A stretch of DNA of 64,000 nucleotides from assembly GCA_039193195.1 (NCBI GenBank), contig JBCCWS010000001.1:69338-133337 (forward strand), read 5' to 3'. A program made the translations under genes and the position numbers. Positions 30,365 through 38,518 of this stretch are shown here, piece after piece; within the stretch, counting starts at the first letter, position 1; each line of letters opens with the position of its first letter. Under the pieces are notes generated by a model. The model ran no database searches. It was not told the DNA's origin and worked only from the letters and a program-made list of their open reading frames with translations. The DNA comes from Pseudomonadota bacterium. Lineage in GTDB: Bacteria; Pseudomonadota; Gammaproteobacteria; Steroidobacterales; JBCBZW01.

Positions 30365-30394
30365 CGACTGGTGCGGAGGCCGCGCTTGGATCCT

Positions 30395-31690
30395 CTACTG
30401 GATGACCTTGAGGGTCACCCGACGGTTGGCGGCGCGGCCTTCGGCCGTCTCGTTCGAGGCGATAGGCTGGCTCTCGCCGTAGCCGCGTGCGCTCAAGCGA
30501 TCACCGTCTATGCCGCGGCCTTCGAGGTAGTCACAGACCGCCACAGCGCGACGCTGGGACAGGTTCTGGTTGTACTCGGCGGCGCCACGCGAGTCCGTGT
30601 GGCCGTCGCACTCCACCACCAGGTCGGCGTAGCGACGCAGGGTGTCTACCGCACCGTTCAAGGTGCGGACGGAGCTCGGCAGGAGGATGTCCGAGTTGTT
30701 CTCGAAGTTCACACCCGGGAGGCTGATCTCATCGCGGATCTCGCAGCCGCGGAAGTCGACGCGCACGCCCGCAGGAGTGTTCGGGCAATCGTCGTTGACG
30801 TTGAGCACGCCGTCGCCGTCATCGTCGAGGGAGCAGCCGTCCTCGCCGACGGGGGTGCCAGGGGGCGTGTTCGGGCAGCGGTCGCGATAGTCGGGCACGC
30901 CGTCACCATCGCTGTCGAGGGCGCAGCCATTGCTGTCGACTTCGACGCCACGAGTCGTGCCGGGGCAGCGGTCGATGCGATCGGGCACCCCGTCGCCGTC
31001 GCTGTCGAGCTCACAGCCGGTGGAGTCGACGATAGCGCCGAGCGGGGAATTCGGGCAGCGGTCGATGTCGTCGGTGACGCCGTCGCCGTCGCTGTCTGCG
31101 GGGATCGCAGCGCTGACCTTACCGAACGGGAACATCATGCCGGCGGAGACAAGGATGTCCGTCAGGTTGGCGCCGTCGATCTGGTCGTTGCGCACGCGCA
31201 CTTCCGTGCGCAGCTTGCCGGGGAAGCTGCCGAGGTTGTACAGCGCACCACCGCCTAGGGAGAGGCTAAGGTTGTCCGTGTCCTCGACGCGAGGAGAGTT
31301 GGGCGCCTCGGCGATGTTGGAGTTCAGCAAGCCCACGCCGAACACGGCATAGGGGGCGACAGTGCGTTGCGTATCGCCGATAGCCAGCAGGTCGATGTTG
31401 ATGCCGAACTGTCCAGTCTCGTTGAAGCCGGTGATGCGCCCGCCGTTGACGTTCAGCTCCATGCCGATGTGATCACCGAGCATGTGGCCGATACCGAACT
31501 GGCCGCCCCAGCCGCTGTCTCCGACGCGGTCCGTGTCCGGCTCAATGAATGTGGCCATGGGCGAGACCCACCACTGGCCCTTCTCGATGATCGCATCGTC
31601 GGACTGCGCGAGCAGTGCGGGGGAGGCGCCCATCAGCAGTGCCGCCATGCCGGCAGCACACACAAGTTTGTTGACGGAGGAAACGAACAT
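30395..31690 (-). CDS. OmpA-family outer-membrane protein: N-terminal beta-barrel, four thrombospondin type-3-like calcium-binding repeats, C-terminal OmpA peptidoglycan-binding domain
   Basis: Signal peptide AAGMAALLMGASPALLA. Repeats DSDGDGV(P/T)D..DRCPN x4 (30740-31099). C-terminal GHTDSRGAAEYNQNLSQRRA and NRRV. Confidence 0.85.
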   Translation of the reverse strand: MFVSSVNKLVCAAGMAALLMGASPALLAQSDDAIIEKGQWWVSPMATFIEPDTDRVGDSGWGGQFGIGHMLGDHIGMELNVNGGRITGFNETGQFGINIDLLAIGDTQRTVAPYAVFGVGLLNSNIAEAPNSPRVEDTDNLSLSLGGGALYNLGSFPGKLRTEVRVRNDQIDGANLTDILVSAGMMFPFGKVSAAIPADSDGDGVTDDIDRCPNSPLGAIVDSTGCELDSDGDGVPDRIDRCPGTTRGVEVDSNGCALDSDGDGVPDYRDRCPNTPPGTPVGEDGCSLDDDGDGVLNVNDDCPNTPAGVRVDFRGCEIRDEISLPGVNFENNSDILLPSSVRTLNGAVDTLRRYADLVVECDGHTDSRGAAEYNQNLSQRRAVAVCDYLEGRGIDGDRLSARGYGESQPIASNETAEGRAANRRVTLKVIQ

Positions 31691-31784
31691 AGTGCGTGGC
31701 TCCTGTTTTCTAGTTGCCTATCCGTGCCGGGAACTTTTTTGCAGCGCGCAAGGATAAGGCCTGACCCGTCTGTTTTCCAGGGTT

Positions 31785-32717
31785 TTACGATTCTTTGCGC
31801 CGACGGGCAGCGAGGGCCGTGAGTGCCGAACCGATCACGAGGATCACGGCCCCGGACAGGCTTAGGGCGTCCAGCGGCTCGCGCCCAAGGCGCTCCGGCG
31901 TGATCCAGGCCAGGACCTGCATCAGGCCGATGGTCAGCAGGGGAGTGATGGCCAGCACGGCGCTCACTCGGGAGGCCTCCCAATGGGCTAGCGCCTCGGC
32001 AAAGCAGCCGTAGGCGACTACCGTATTGAGGCTTGCGAAGATCAGCAGGGCTAGCGTGGCGCCGTCCAGAGCAAACAGCCGCACAGGCTCGGCAAGGGGC
32101 AGGAACAGGAGGACCGCGGCGGCGTAGACGCACCACATGATCGCGTCCGAACGCCAGTGATTGAGCAACTGCTTTTGGGCCAGTGCGTAGGTCGCCCAGC
32201 TGGCCGCGGCACCGACCACGATGAGCACCCCGTGACCGAACTCGTCGAAGCGAACGATCTCGCCAAGGCGAGCGTGAAAGTAGAGCCCGAGGCCGCCAAT
32301 CACGAGCGCGAAGCCAATCCACTGCATGGTGCTGAAGCGTTCGCGAAAGAGCGCTAGGCCGCCGAGTGCGAGGAACAGGGGAGCGAGCTGAATGACCACT
32401 TGAGCTGCGCTCGGCGTCACGCGCTCCAGGCCAAGGAGGTAGAGGATGTAGTTGCCGCACAAGCCGAGCACCACCAGCAGCAGGAGCACCCGGTCGCCTC
32501 CGCGAAGCTCCCAGGGGACTGGCAGCCGCCCGCGCCAGGCAAGCCAGGCACCTACCAGCAGGGCGGATACGGCGAAGCGCAGCCACGTCAGGGTGTAGGC
32601 GTCGATGCGCTCTAGCAGTAACTTCAACGCGATGGGCAGGGACCCCCATAGGGTCACCGTGACCAGCGTCAGGGCGAGCCCGAGCTGCCAACGTCCGGAA
32701 GTCACGTGCTTGGCCAT
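31785..32717 (-). CDS. DMT-superfamily (EamA-like) transporter, about 10 TM
   Basis: Hydrophobic repeat architecture with two EamA-like halves. Start moved to MAKHVTSGRW (ATG 32717), because the 136 upstream codons of the track ORF look non-coding. Confidence 0.8.
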   Translation of the reverse strand: MAKHVTSGRWQLGLALTLVTVTLWGSLPIALKLLLERIDAYTLTWLRFAVSALLVGAWLAWRGRLPVPWELRGGDRVLLLLVVLGLCGNYILYLLGLERVTPSAAQVVIQLAPLFLALGGLALFRERFSTMQWIGFALVIGGLGLYFHARLGEIVRFDEFGHGVLIVVGAAASWATYALAQKQLLNHWRSDAIMWCVYAAAVLLFLPLAEPVRLFALDGATLALLIFASLNTVVAYGCFAEALAHWEASRVSAVLAITPLLTIGLMQVLAWITPERLGREPLDALSLSGAVILVIGSALTALAARRRKES

Positions 32718-32885
32718 GGGAGGTACCGATAAGGGGGCTGGAGACGGAGCAGCGCGATTGTACAGGCCGCTCGCTGGGGGTGCCCTGCGTACGCTGCAAC
32801 CGATGTCGGCTCGGTGGTGGTTTGCTTTAGGGTCGCTTACCATGATCGGCCAGTGGAGTGATCCTGGGACGAGGCAGCGAGCGGA

Positions 32886-34148
32886 ATGAGCGAAGAGATC
32901 AGCGGCCGTTACGTCAGCCGCCTTACGCGAGAGACCCTTGCCTTGGTACTCGCCGGCGGTCGCGGCAGCCGCCTCAAGCACCTCACGATCAACCGAGCCA
33001 AACCGGCCACGCCCTTCGGTGGTAAGTTCCGGATCATCGATTTTCCGCTTTCCAACTGCGTTAACTCTGGGATTAGGCGTATCGGCGTGCTCACGCAGTA
33101 CAAGGCGCATCCCTTGATTCAGCATCTCCAGCGAGGTTGGAGCTTCCTGCGCGGCGAATTCGGTGAGTACCTCGAGCTACTCCCCGCACAGCAGCGCGTG
33201 GACGGATCCTGGTATCAGGGGACGGCCGATGCGGTCTACCAAAACCTGGATATCATTCGCGCGCACAGGCCTACTCACGTGCTCGTGCTGGCCGGCGATC
33301 ACATCTACAAGATGGATTACGGTCCGATGATCGCCCAGCATGTCGAGCGCGAGGCGAAGATCACCGTGGGCTGTATTGAGGTCTCCCTAGAGGAGGCGCG
33401 CGAGTTCGGCGTCATGTCCGTAGACGATGAGCTACGGGTGAAGGCTTTCACGGAGAAGCCCGCGCAGCCGGATCCGATCCCAGGGCGCACGGACACGGCG
33501 CTCGCCTCCATGGGAATCTACGTGTTCGACGCCGATTTCCTCGCGCAGGAGCTGACGGCGGACGCTAAGAACTTCGAGTCCAGCCACGATTTCGGCAAGG
33601 ACATCGTGCCGCGCAACGTGCCCGACGGCACCGTGTGGGCCTACCCCTTCCGTGACGTGAAGACCCGCGCCCAGCACTACTGGCGCGACGTGGGAAATGT
33701 GGATGCGTTCTTCGAAGCCAACCTCGAACTTGTTGGCGTGAACCCGGAGTTGAACCTCTACGATGAGGCTTGGCCCATCTGGACCGAGCAGCGCCAGTCA
33801 CCACCTGCCAAATTTGTGCTCAACGATCCTGAGCGCCAAGGCGTCGCGCTCAACTCGATGGTCTCCGGTGGTTGCATCATCTCCGGCGCGCGCATCGAGC
33901 AGTCCCTGCTGTTCTGGGATGTGCGCGTGGAGTCCTACAGTCGCATCCACCGAGCAGTCATCTTGCCCGGCGTGCGCATCCGTCGGCACTGCCGCCTGAG
34001 CAACTGCGTGATCGACGAGAACGTACAGCTGCCGGAAGGCACGGTGATTGGCGAGGACCCGGAGGCGGATCGCGAGCGGTTCTTCGTCACCAACAAGGGT
34101 GTCGTACTGGTCACGCCGGACATGCTCGGCGACGAACCAAGCGTCTGA
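32886..34148 (+). CDS. glgC: Glucose-1-phosphate adenylyltransferase
   Basis: [42 protein letters not shown]-terminal signature, and a C-terminal left-handed beta-helix region. Confidence 0.95.
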   Translation: MSEEISGRYVSRLTRETLALVLAGGRGSRLKHLTINRAKPATPFGGKFRIIDFPLSNCVNSGIRRIGVLTQYKAHPLIQHLQRGWSFLRGEFGEYLELLPAQQRVDGSWYQGTADAVYQNLDIIRAHRPTHVLVLAGDHIYKMDYGPMIAQHVEREAKITVGCIEVSLEEAREFGVMSVDDELRVKAFTEKPAQPDPIPGRTDTALASMGIYVFDADFLAQELTADAKNFESSHDFGKDIVPRNVPDGTVWAYPFRDVKTRAQHYWRDVGNVDAFFEANLELVGVNPELNLYDEAWPIWTEQRQSPPAKFVLNDPERQGVALNSMVSGGCIISGARIEQSLLFWDVRVESYSRIHRAVILPGVRIRRHCRLSNCVIDENVQLPEGTVIGEDPEADRERFFVTNKGVVLVTPDMLGDEPSV

Positions 34149-34151
34149 GGA

Positions 34152-35258
34152 GTGCTACCGGGCGGGTTCATCCGCAAGCAGCTGCCAGCTGACATTCGTC
34201 GCTGGACGCTTCGGTTCTACGGGCGCCTTCGCAGTCTCACCTGGTGGCTGTTGCTGGTCTTGGTGGTCCTGCACTTCTCCGTCTGCTACGTCCTGCTCAC
34301 CGGCCTGGGTGAGCACTCACTCGCCGATCTCGATGTCTTTTGGTACTTCTACGTTACTACTGCCACAACGGTCGGCTATGGAGACTATTCGCCGCAGACT
34401 GTCGGTGGTCGCTACGTCACCACCTTGCTGCTCATGCCGGGTGGCATCCTGTTGTTCACTTCCGCCCTGGCCAAGCTCGCCCAGGCCTTCATCGATCAGT
34501 GGAGGAGCCGCATGAAGGGCTACGCAGATCTGCAGCACCTGCAGGATCATATCGTCATCGTGGGCTGGCACGGTCGCCGGTCCCAGCGCATGTTCGAGTT
34601 GCTCAAGGCGGACCCGAGCGAGGAACGAGCGATCGTCATCCTCGCCAACCTGCCGGAAAACCCTCAGCCCGAGGCGGCCTACTTCGTGGCGAGCAGCTTG
34701 CTGAGCGACCCCGAATCCATGCGACGAACGGGCATTGCGCGCGCCGCACTAGTGATCGTCGTCGGGCGCGATGACAACGAGACCTTGGGCGCGTCCCTGG
34801 CAGCGGGAGCGCTCAACAGTCGGGCGCATCTGGTGTCTTACTTTATCGACCCGGCGCCCGCCAACATCCTGCGCCTGCACTGCCCGCAGGCCGAGTGCAT
34901 CGTCTCTATGTCGATCGAGAACACGGTGCGCGCCGCGCAGGACCCTGGAGCCTCGAGGTTGGTGCGCCAGCTCCTGTCATCGCTAGAAGGCAATGCCAAC
35001 GTTTATCGCATGGCTGTGCCCGGGGGAGCGCATGAGACCACCTACTGGCAGCTATTGGTGCATCTGAAGGAGGAGCACGACGCCACGCTGATCGCCATGG
35101 ATCATGGCAGCGACGCAGATGGGGTGTTGCTCAACCCAGCTGGCGATACACCGATTCGCGGCGGTGATGAGGTGTTTCTCATCGCGGCTCAGCGCCTCGG
35201 GGCCGATCAGGTGCGGTGGGAGTCAGTACTGCGCCCGTCGGTGCCGCGCGACGCCTAG
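34152..35258 (+). CDS. Two-TM potassium channel with a cytoplasmic RCK/TrkA-N domain
   Basis: Selectivity filter TTVGYGD. Rossmann-like IVIVGWHGRRSQ after the pore. GTG start 4 nt after the glgC stop; the exact start is uncertain. Confidence 0.8.
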   Translation: MLPGGFIRKQLPADIRRWTLRFYGRLRSLTWWLLLVLVVLHFSVCYVLLTGLGEHSLADLDVFWYFYVTTATTVGYGDYSPQTVGGRYVTTLLLMPGGILLFTSALAKLAQAFIDQWRSRMKGYADLQHLQDHIVIVGWHGRRSQRMFELLKADPSEERAIVILANLPENPQPEAAYFVASSLLSDPESMRRTGIARAALVIVVGRDDNETLGASLAAGALNSRAHLVSYFIDPAPANILRLHCPQAECIVSMSIENTVRAAQDPGASRLVRQLLSSLEGNANVYRMAVPGGAHETTYWQLLVHLKEEHDATLIAMDHGSDADGVLLNPAGDTPIRGGDEVFLIAAQRLGADQVRWESVLRPSVPRDA

Positions 35259-35269
35259 GGAGTCGGGAT

Positions 35270-35295
35270 GCCTCGGGCAGCGTACTGCCCGAGGC
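35270..35295. terminator. Bidirectional terminator-like hairpin (11-bp perfect stem gcctcgggcag/ctgcccgaggc, loop cgta) between convergent genes
   Basis: Read directly. Lies 12 nt after the channel stop and 10 nt after the small minus-strand ORF stop. No U-tract. Confidence 0.5.
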
Positions 35296-35304
35296 GCGGT
35301 GGCC

Positions 35305-35565
35305 TCAGAGCGAGCGCGCCGCCTCTTCGATGGGGCGTACGCCCTCAGCAGTCGAGATGACGATCGACTCGACAGGCTGCTCCTTGCGAGCGTTGACGTA
35401 GTCGTTGATGGACCAGGCGCCTGAGCCGGCAGCTGGGGCGCCAGACACCACCCTGCTTGAGGTCTCCCGGGGTAGCGCAGAGCTGAAGTCGTCAGCCCAG
35501 GCGTCGCCGAGGGCGGCAAAGAAGGCAACAGAAGCGAGAGCTGCAGGTCCAACGTAGTTCGTCAT
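35305..35565 (-). CDS. Small secreted hypothetical protein (86 aa)
   Basis: Strong SD (aggaga) 8 nt upstream of the ATG. Signal peptide AALASVAFFAALGDAWA. Confidence 0.5.
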   Translation of the reverse strand: MTNYVGPAALASVAFFAALGDAWADDFSSALPRETSSRVVSGAPAAGSGAWSINDYVNARKEQPVESIVISTAEGVRPIEEAARSL

Positions 35566-35777
35566 GAGGTATCTCCTAGGGCGTTTGGGGCGGGCGCGCC
35601 GCCTCGATGTGCCTAGGATCAGCTGGATTGAGTCTAAGTGAAAATCGATTGTTTTTATCGATGCGATATCCCCTGGCTATCAGTCACTTCGCTCGCCGGC
35701 GCGATTCGCGAAATGCACTTGTTGGGTGGCGGCGGCCGTCGTGCTCTCCCAGGCCCTGCGGGTCTGGCACTGGGTGC

Positions 35778-36328
35778 TCAGCCATGCACCGAACTATCTT
35801 CATAGGTACCGTCGTGCTCCATGGCGTCGCTGATAGACTGCTCTTCGGGTGCAGCGAACTCGTAGATATCGGCGCCGGATAGAACGCTGTCGAGCATCGG
35901 GTTGTTGGCCCCCCTCCCCTTGCTCCAGCCGTTCGATACTGCTTGCCACGTAGGCGTCTGCAGGATCCGCGTGTCGGATCTCCGTTTCGATTTCCATGTC
36001 CGCGCGGAGGGCAGCCTCAGACGCTGGCCGCACGCTCTCCACCACGGCGAGGGTGCCGGGCTGTGCGCTCGACCGCCTGGGCGATCTCCAGCGCCTTGCC
36101 GAGCTTGTCGATAGTGTCGAAGTGCTTGCCGATGGCTTCGGTCTTCTGTGCGAGATCGGCGTAGTGCTCAAGGCGGTGGACCGCGTCGATGGCCATGTCC
36201 CAGTCCTTCGCCTTGGCCGCTGACACCAGTGTCTGAAGAGACTAGCTCTGTCCGTGTTTGGCCGCCCACGCCGCCAGATCGTTGAAGGTCTTCGCTTCGC
36301 TTGGGACTTCAGGGGGATCGCCAGCCAT
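35778..36328 (-). pseudogene. Possible decayed gene for an acidic helical protein: SD plus ATG, in-frame TAG after 28 codons, then two apparent frame changes
   Basis: AGGAG-N6-ATG at 36328. TAG at 36244-36242 is in frame with the GTG ORF at 36226. Protein-like translation passes through three frames, with one switch at a C6 homopolymer (35909-35914). Confidence 0.3.
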
Positions 36329-36472
36329 CTCATGCTCCTGGGTGGCGTTGCGCGTACCTGATTGGGCGCTGAACGGGTGGCAAGCGGCTCACCGAGGCTG
36401 CCCGCCATCGACCGTGAGCCAAGCTGGCGTCCGATCACGCCTGAACAGGCAAGGACCCTAGGAGGCCGTTCT

Positions 36473-36937
36473 ATGTCTGCAGCCCAATCCCCTCGCGCCG
36501 GGGCACCGTCCATCGTGTATCGCTACGGGGCCCTCGCTTGGGTCTGGCGCGCCCTGATCGCTGTGGCCTTCTCCCTGACCGGTGCGGCCCTGCTCCTGTC
36601 CTTCAAGATTGGAGATTGGGGTCTCGTCTACGTGGCTTTGCCTATGTTCATACCGGCCGCCGTCGGCGGCTGGGTCACCGTGACGCGCATCGAGGTCCCC
36701 GCTGGCGAGCGCAGCGTGCTCCAGGTCAGTAACCTCCTGGGCGTGCCGAGGCGAATCGAGCGCCGGCGCCTGCGGGGCACATGGAAGCGGGACACGGTCT
36801 ACGGCACCTATGGGCAGCCGATTCCCGCACCGCGCCTTTGGGTCTGGGTGCGTGGAGGCATGCCCCTGTACCTCGATCTCTTAGCGCCGCTCGTCGATCG
36901 CAGCGCCCTCCAGTGCCTGATCAGCACCGGTTCCTGA
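36473..36937 (+). CDS. Membrane protein with two TM helices and a small beta-rich C-terminal domain (bacterial PH-like?)
   Basis: SD ggagg 8 nt upstream of ATG 36473. TM helices LAWVWRALIAVAFSLTGAALLL and LVYVALPMFIPAAVGGWV. Confidence 0.55.
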   Translation: MSAAQSPRAGAPSIVYRYGALAWVWRALIAVAFSLTGAALLLSFKIGDWGLVYVALPMFIPAAVGGWVTVTRIEVPAGERSVLQVSNLLGVPRRIERRRLRGTWKRDTVYGTYGQPIPAPRLWVWVRGGMPLYLDLLAPLVDRSALQCLISTGS

Positions 36938-36997
36938 GCCGATTTCGAGTTCCCCCACGCCTGAAGGAACAACCCTCACACGAATCGACGGAGCTAG

Positions 36998-37882
36998 ATG
37001 ATGGCTGATGGCAAGACCCCGGATCAGGAACAGGACACCGCCACCGAGCTCGGTCCGAACATGTGGTTCACCGAGTACGGCATGCCTTTCACGACCATGA
37101 TCCTCGAGGCGGAGGCGGCCGAGCGAAACAACCCGGACACGCCGCCGCAAGAGGAACGCAGCGAACTCGCCCAGTTCATCATCGATCAGGAAACGGCGGT
37201 TGCGCGCGATTACCACGCAGGGCTCATTGGCAAGGAGGAGTTCGAGGGCTACAAGGCGGATGCCCAGGACCGCTTCGACAACATGGTCGACAAGCTGAGC
37301 ACGGAGATCGAGGAGTTTGGTGATGATTTCGAGGACTGGGGCAAGGACTTTGAAGTCTCCGTGAAGGACTTCGCCAACGAGCACGGCGGGGAGATCGAGT
37401 CCATCGTAGACCTTGCCAAGACGCGTGAGCTCGAGGCCAAGGACGTCTCCCTGCACCTGATGGCAGATGCCATGGGACTCGGTGTGGACGGCGTGGACGA
37501 TCTGCTCGAGCGTATGCCGCCTCACCTGCACGATATCGTTGAGACCTTAGGTGAAGAGACTGTGGGCGTAGCCCACCACCTGCTCGATGCGCGCGAAGAA
37601 CTTAGCTCCGCCGAGGAACACGATCTCAGCCGGGACGAGGCGCGTCTGGAGGCGATCGAACCTGTATTCGAGGCGCAGATTGACGAGGCGCACGAGGGTA
37701 TCGACCAGGACTTCGACCGCATCGACAACGACCTCGGCATCGTCCAGGACTACGTCGAGGCCGCCAAGGATCACGGTGAACTCAATCCGCAGCTCACGGT
37801 GGAGCACATGCCCTACCGCACCACGGAAGACTACGACCTGCCGGAGCAGGTCGAAGATAACACCGGCATCACGGACGCCTAG
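36998..37882 (+). CDS. Highly acidic cytoplasmic hypothetical protein (294 aa)
   Basis: Long GC3-biased ORF with no TM helices. D/E-rich helical sequence. 13 nt upstream of the FHA gene. Confidence 0.6.
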   Translation: MMADGKTPDQEQDTATELGPNMWFTEYGMPFTTMILEAEAAERNNPDTPPQEERSELAQFIIDQETAVARDYHAGLIGKEEFEGYKADAQDRFDNMVDKLSTEIEEFGDDFEDWGKDFEVSVKDFANEHGGEIESIVDLAKTRELEAKDVSLHLMADAMGLGVDGVDDLLERMPPHLHDIVETLGEETVGVAHHLLDAREELSSAEEHDLSRDEARLEAIEPVFEAQIDEAHEGIDQDFDRIDNDLGIVQDYVEAAKDHGELNPQLTVEHMPYRTTEDYDLPEQVEDNTGITDA

Positions 37883-37894
37883 GCACCCATACCC

Positions 37895-38518
37895 ATGAGC
37901 GCTGTAGACTCCACCGTTCACGGCGGCGTAGGTACACGGGTCCTGCGTACTACGAGCTTGTACACCGTGGCCGCTTGGTGCGCCGCGCTCGGTGCCCCAG
38001 AGCTGCTGCCAAGCTTCGGCCTCGAGGGCGATGTGTACGTGCGCTGGATTGCGCTCGGTGCTGCCGCCAGCGTGCCGATCGTGGCGCTTAGCGCCTGGTG
38101 CTGGGAGCGTGCTTGGCACCGTACTTGCGCAGGCCCAGCGCCGTCGCCCGCTCAGTCACCGACGATCGCCATGGAGCCTACCGTCGCGACCATCGGCAAG
38201 GCGGCCATCTCCATGCAATGGCGAGGCGAGCTGCATCACTTCGACCAAGACCTCGTCATCGGGCGTGCCCCGAGCTGCTCCCTGCACCTGGACGACCCGC
38301 AGATCTCCCGCCGCCATGCAGCCATCGAGTATCGCCGCGGCCGCTGGGTACTGAAGGATCTCGGTTCGCGCAACGGAACACGCCTCGATGGGCAGTTGAT
38401 CGACGGCCAGGTGGTGCTCGGTGCTAAGGGCCGGATCGACTTCTACGAAGGCGGTGTGCCCTTAGTCGTGCACACGGGGCTCGGCGGCGCGACAACTGTC
38501 AGCGACAGTACTGATTGA
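37895..38518 (+). CDS. Membrane-anchored FHA-domain protein
   Basis: Two N-terminal TM segments. FHA core LVIGRAPSCSLHLDDPQISRRHAAIEYRRGRWVLKDLGSRNGTRLDG. Confidence 0.8.
   Translation: MSAVDSTVHGGVGTRVLRTTSLYTVAAWCAALGAPELLPSFGLEGDVYVRWIALGAAASVPIVALSAWCWERAWHRTCAGPAPSPAQSPTIAMEPTVATIGKAAISMQWRGELHHFDQDLVIGRAPSCSLHLDDPQISRRHAAIEYRRGRWVLKDLGSRNGTRLDGQLIDGQVVLGAKGRIDFYEGGVPLVVHTGLGGATTVSDSTD

Noticed and set aside
35640-35675. AT-rich segment with duplicated ATCGAT palindromes (aatcgattgtttttatcgatg), considered as an operator or terminator.
   Set aside because: The stem is only 6 bp and AT-rich, and ATCGAT is self-complementary anyway. I cannot distinguish this from chance. It is mentioned only as context for the decayed gene.
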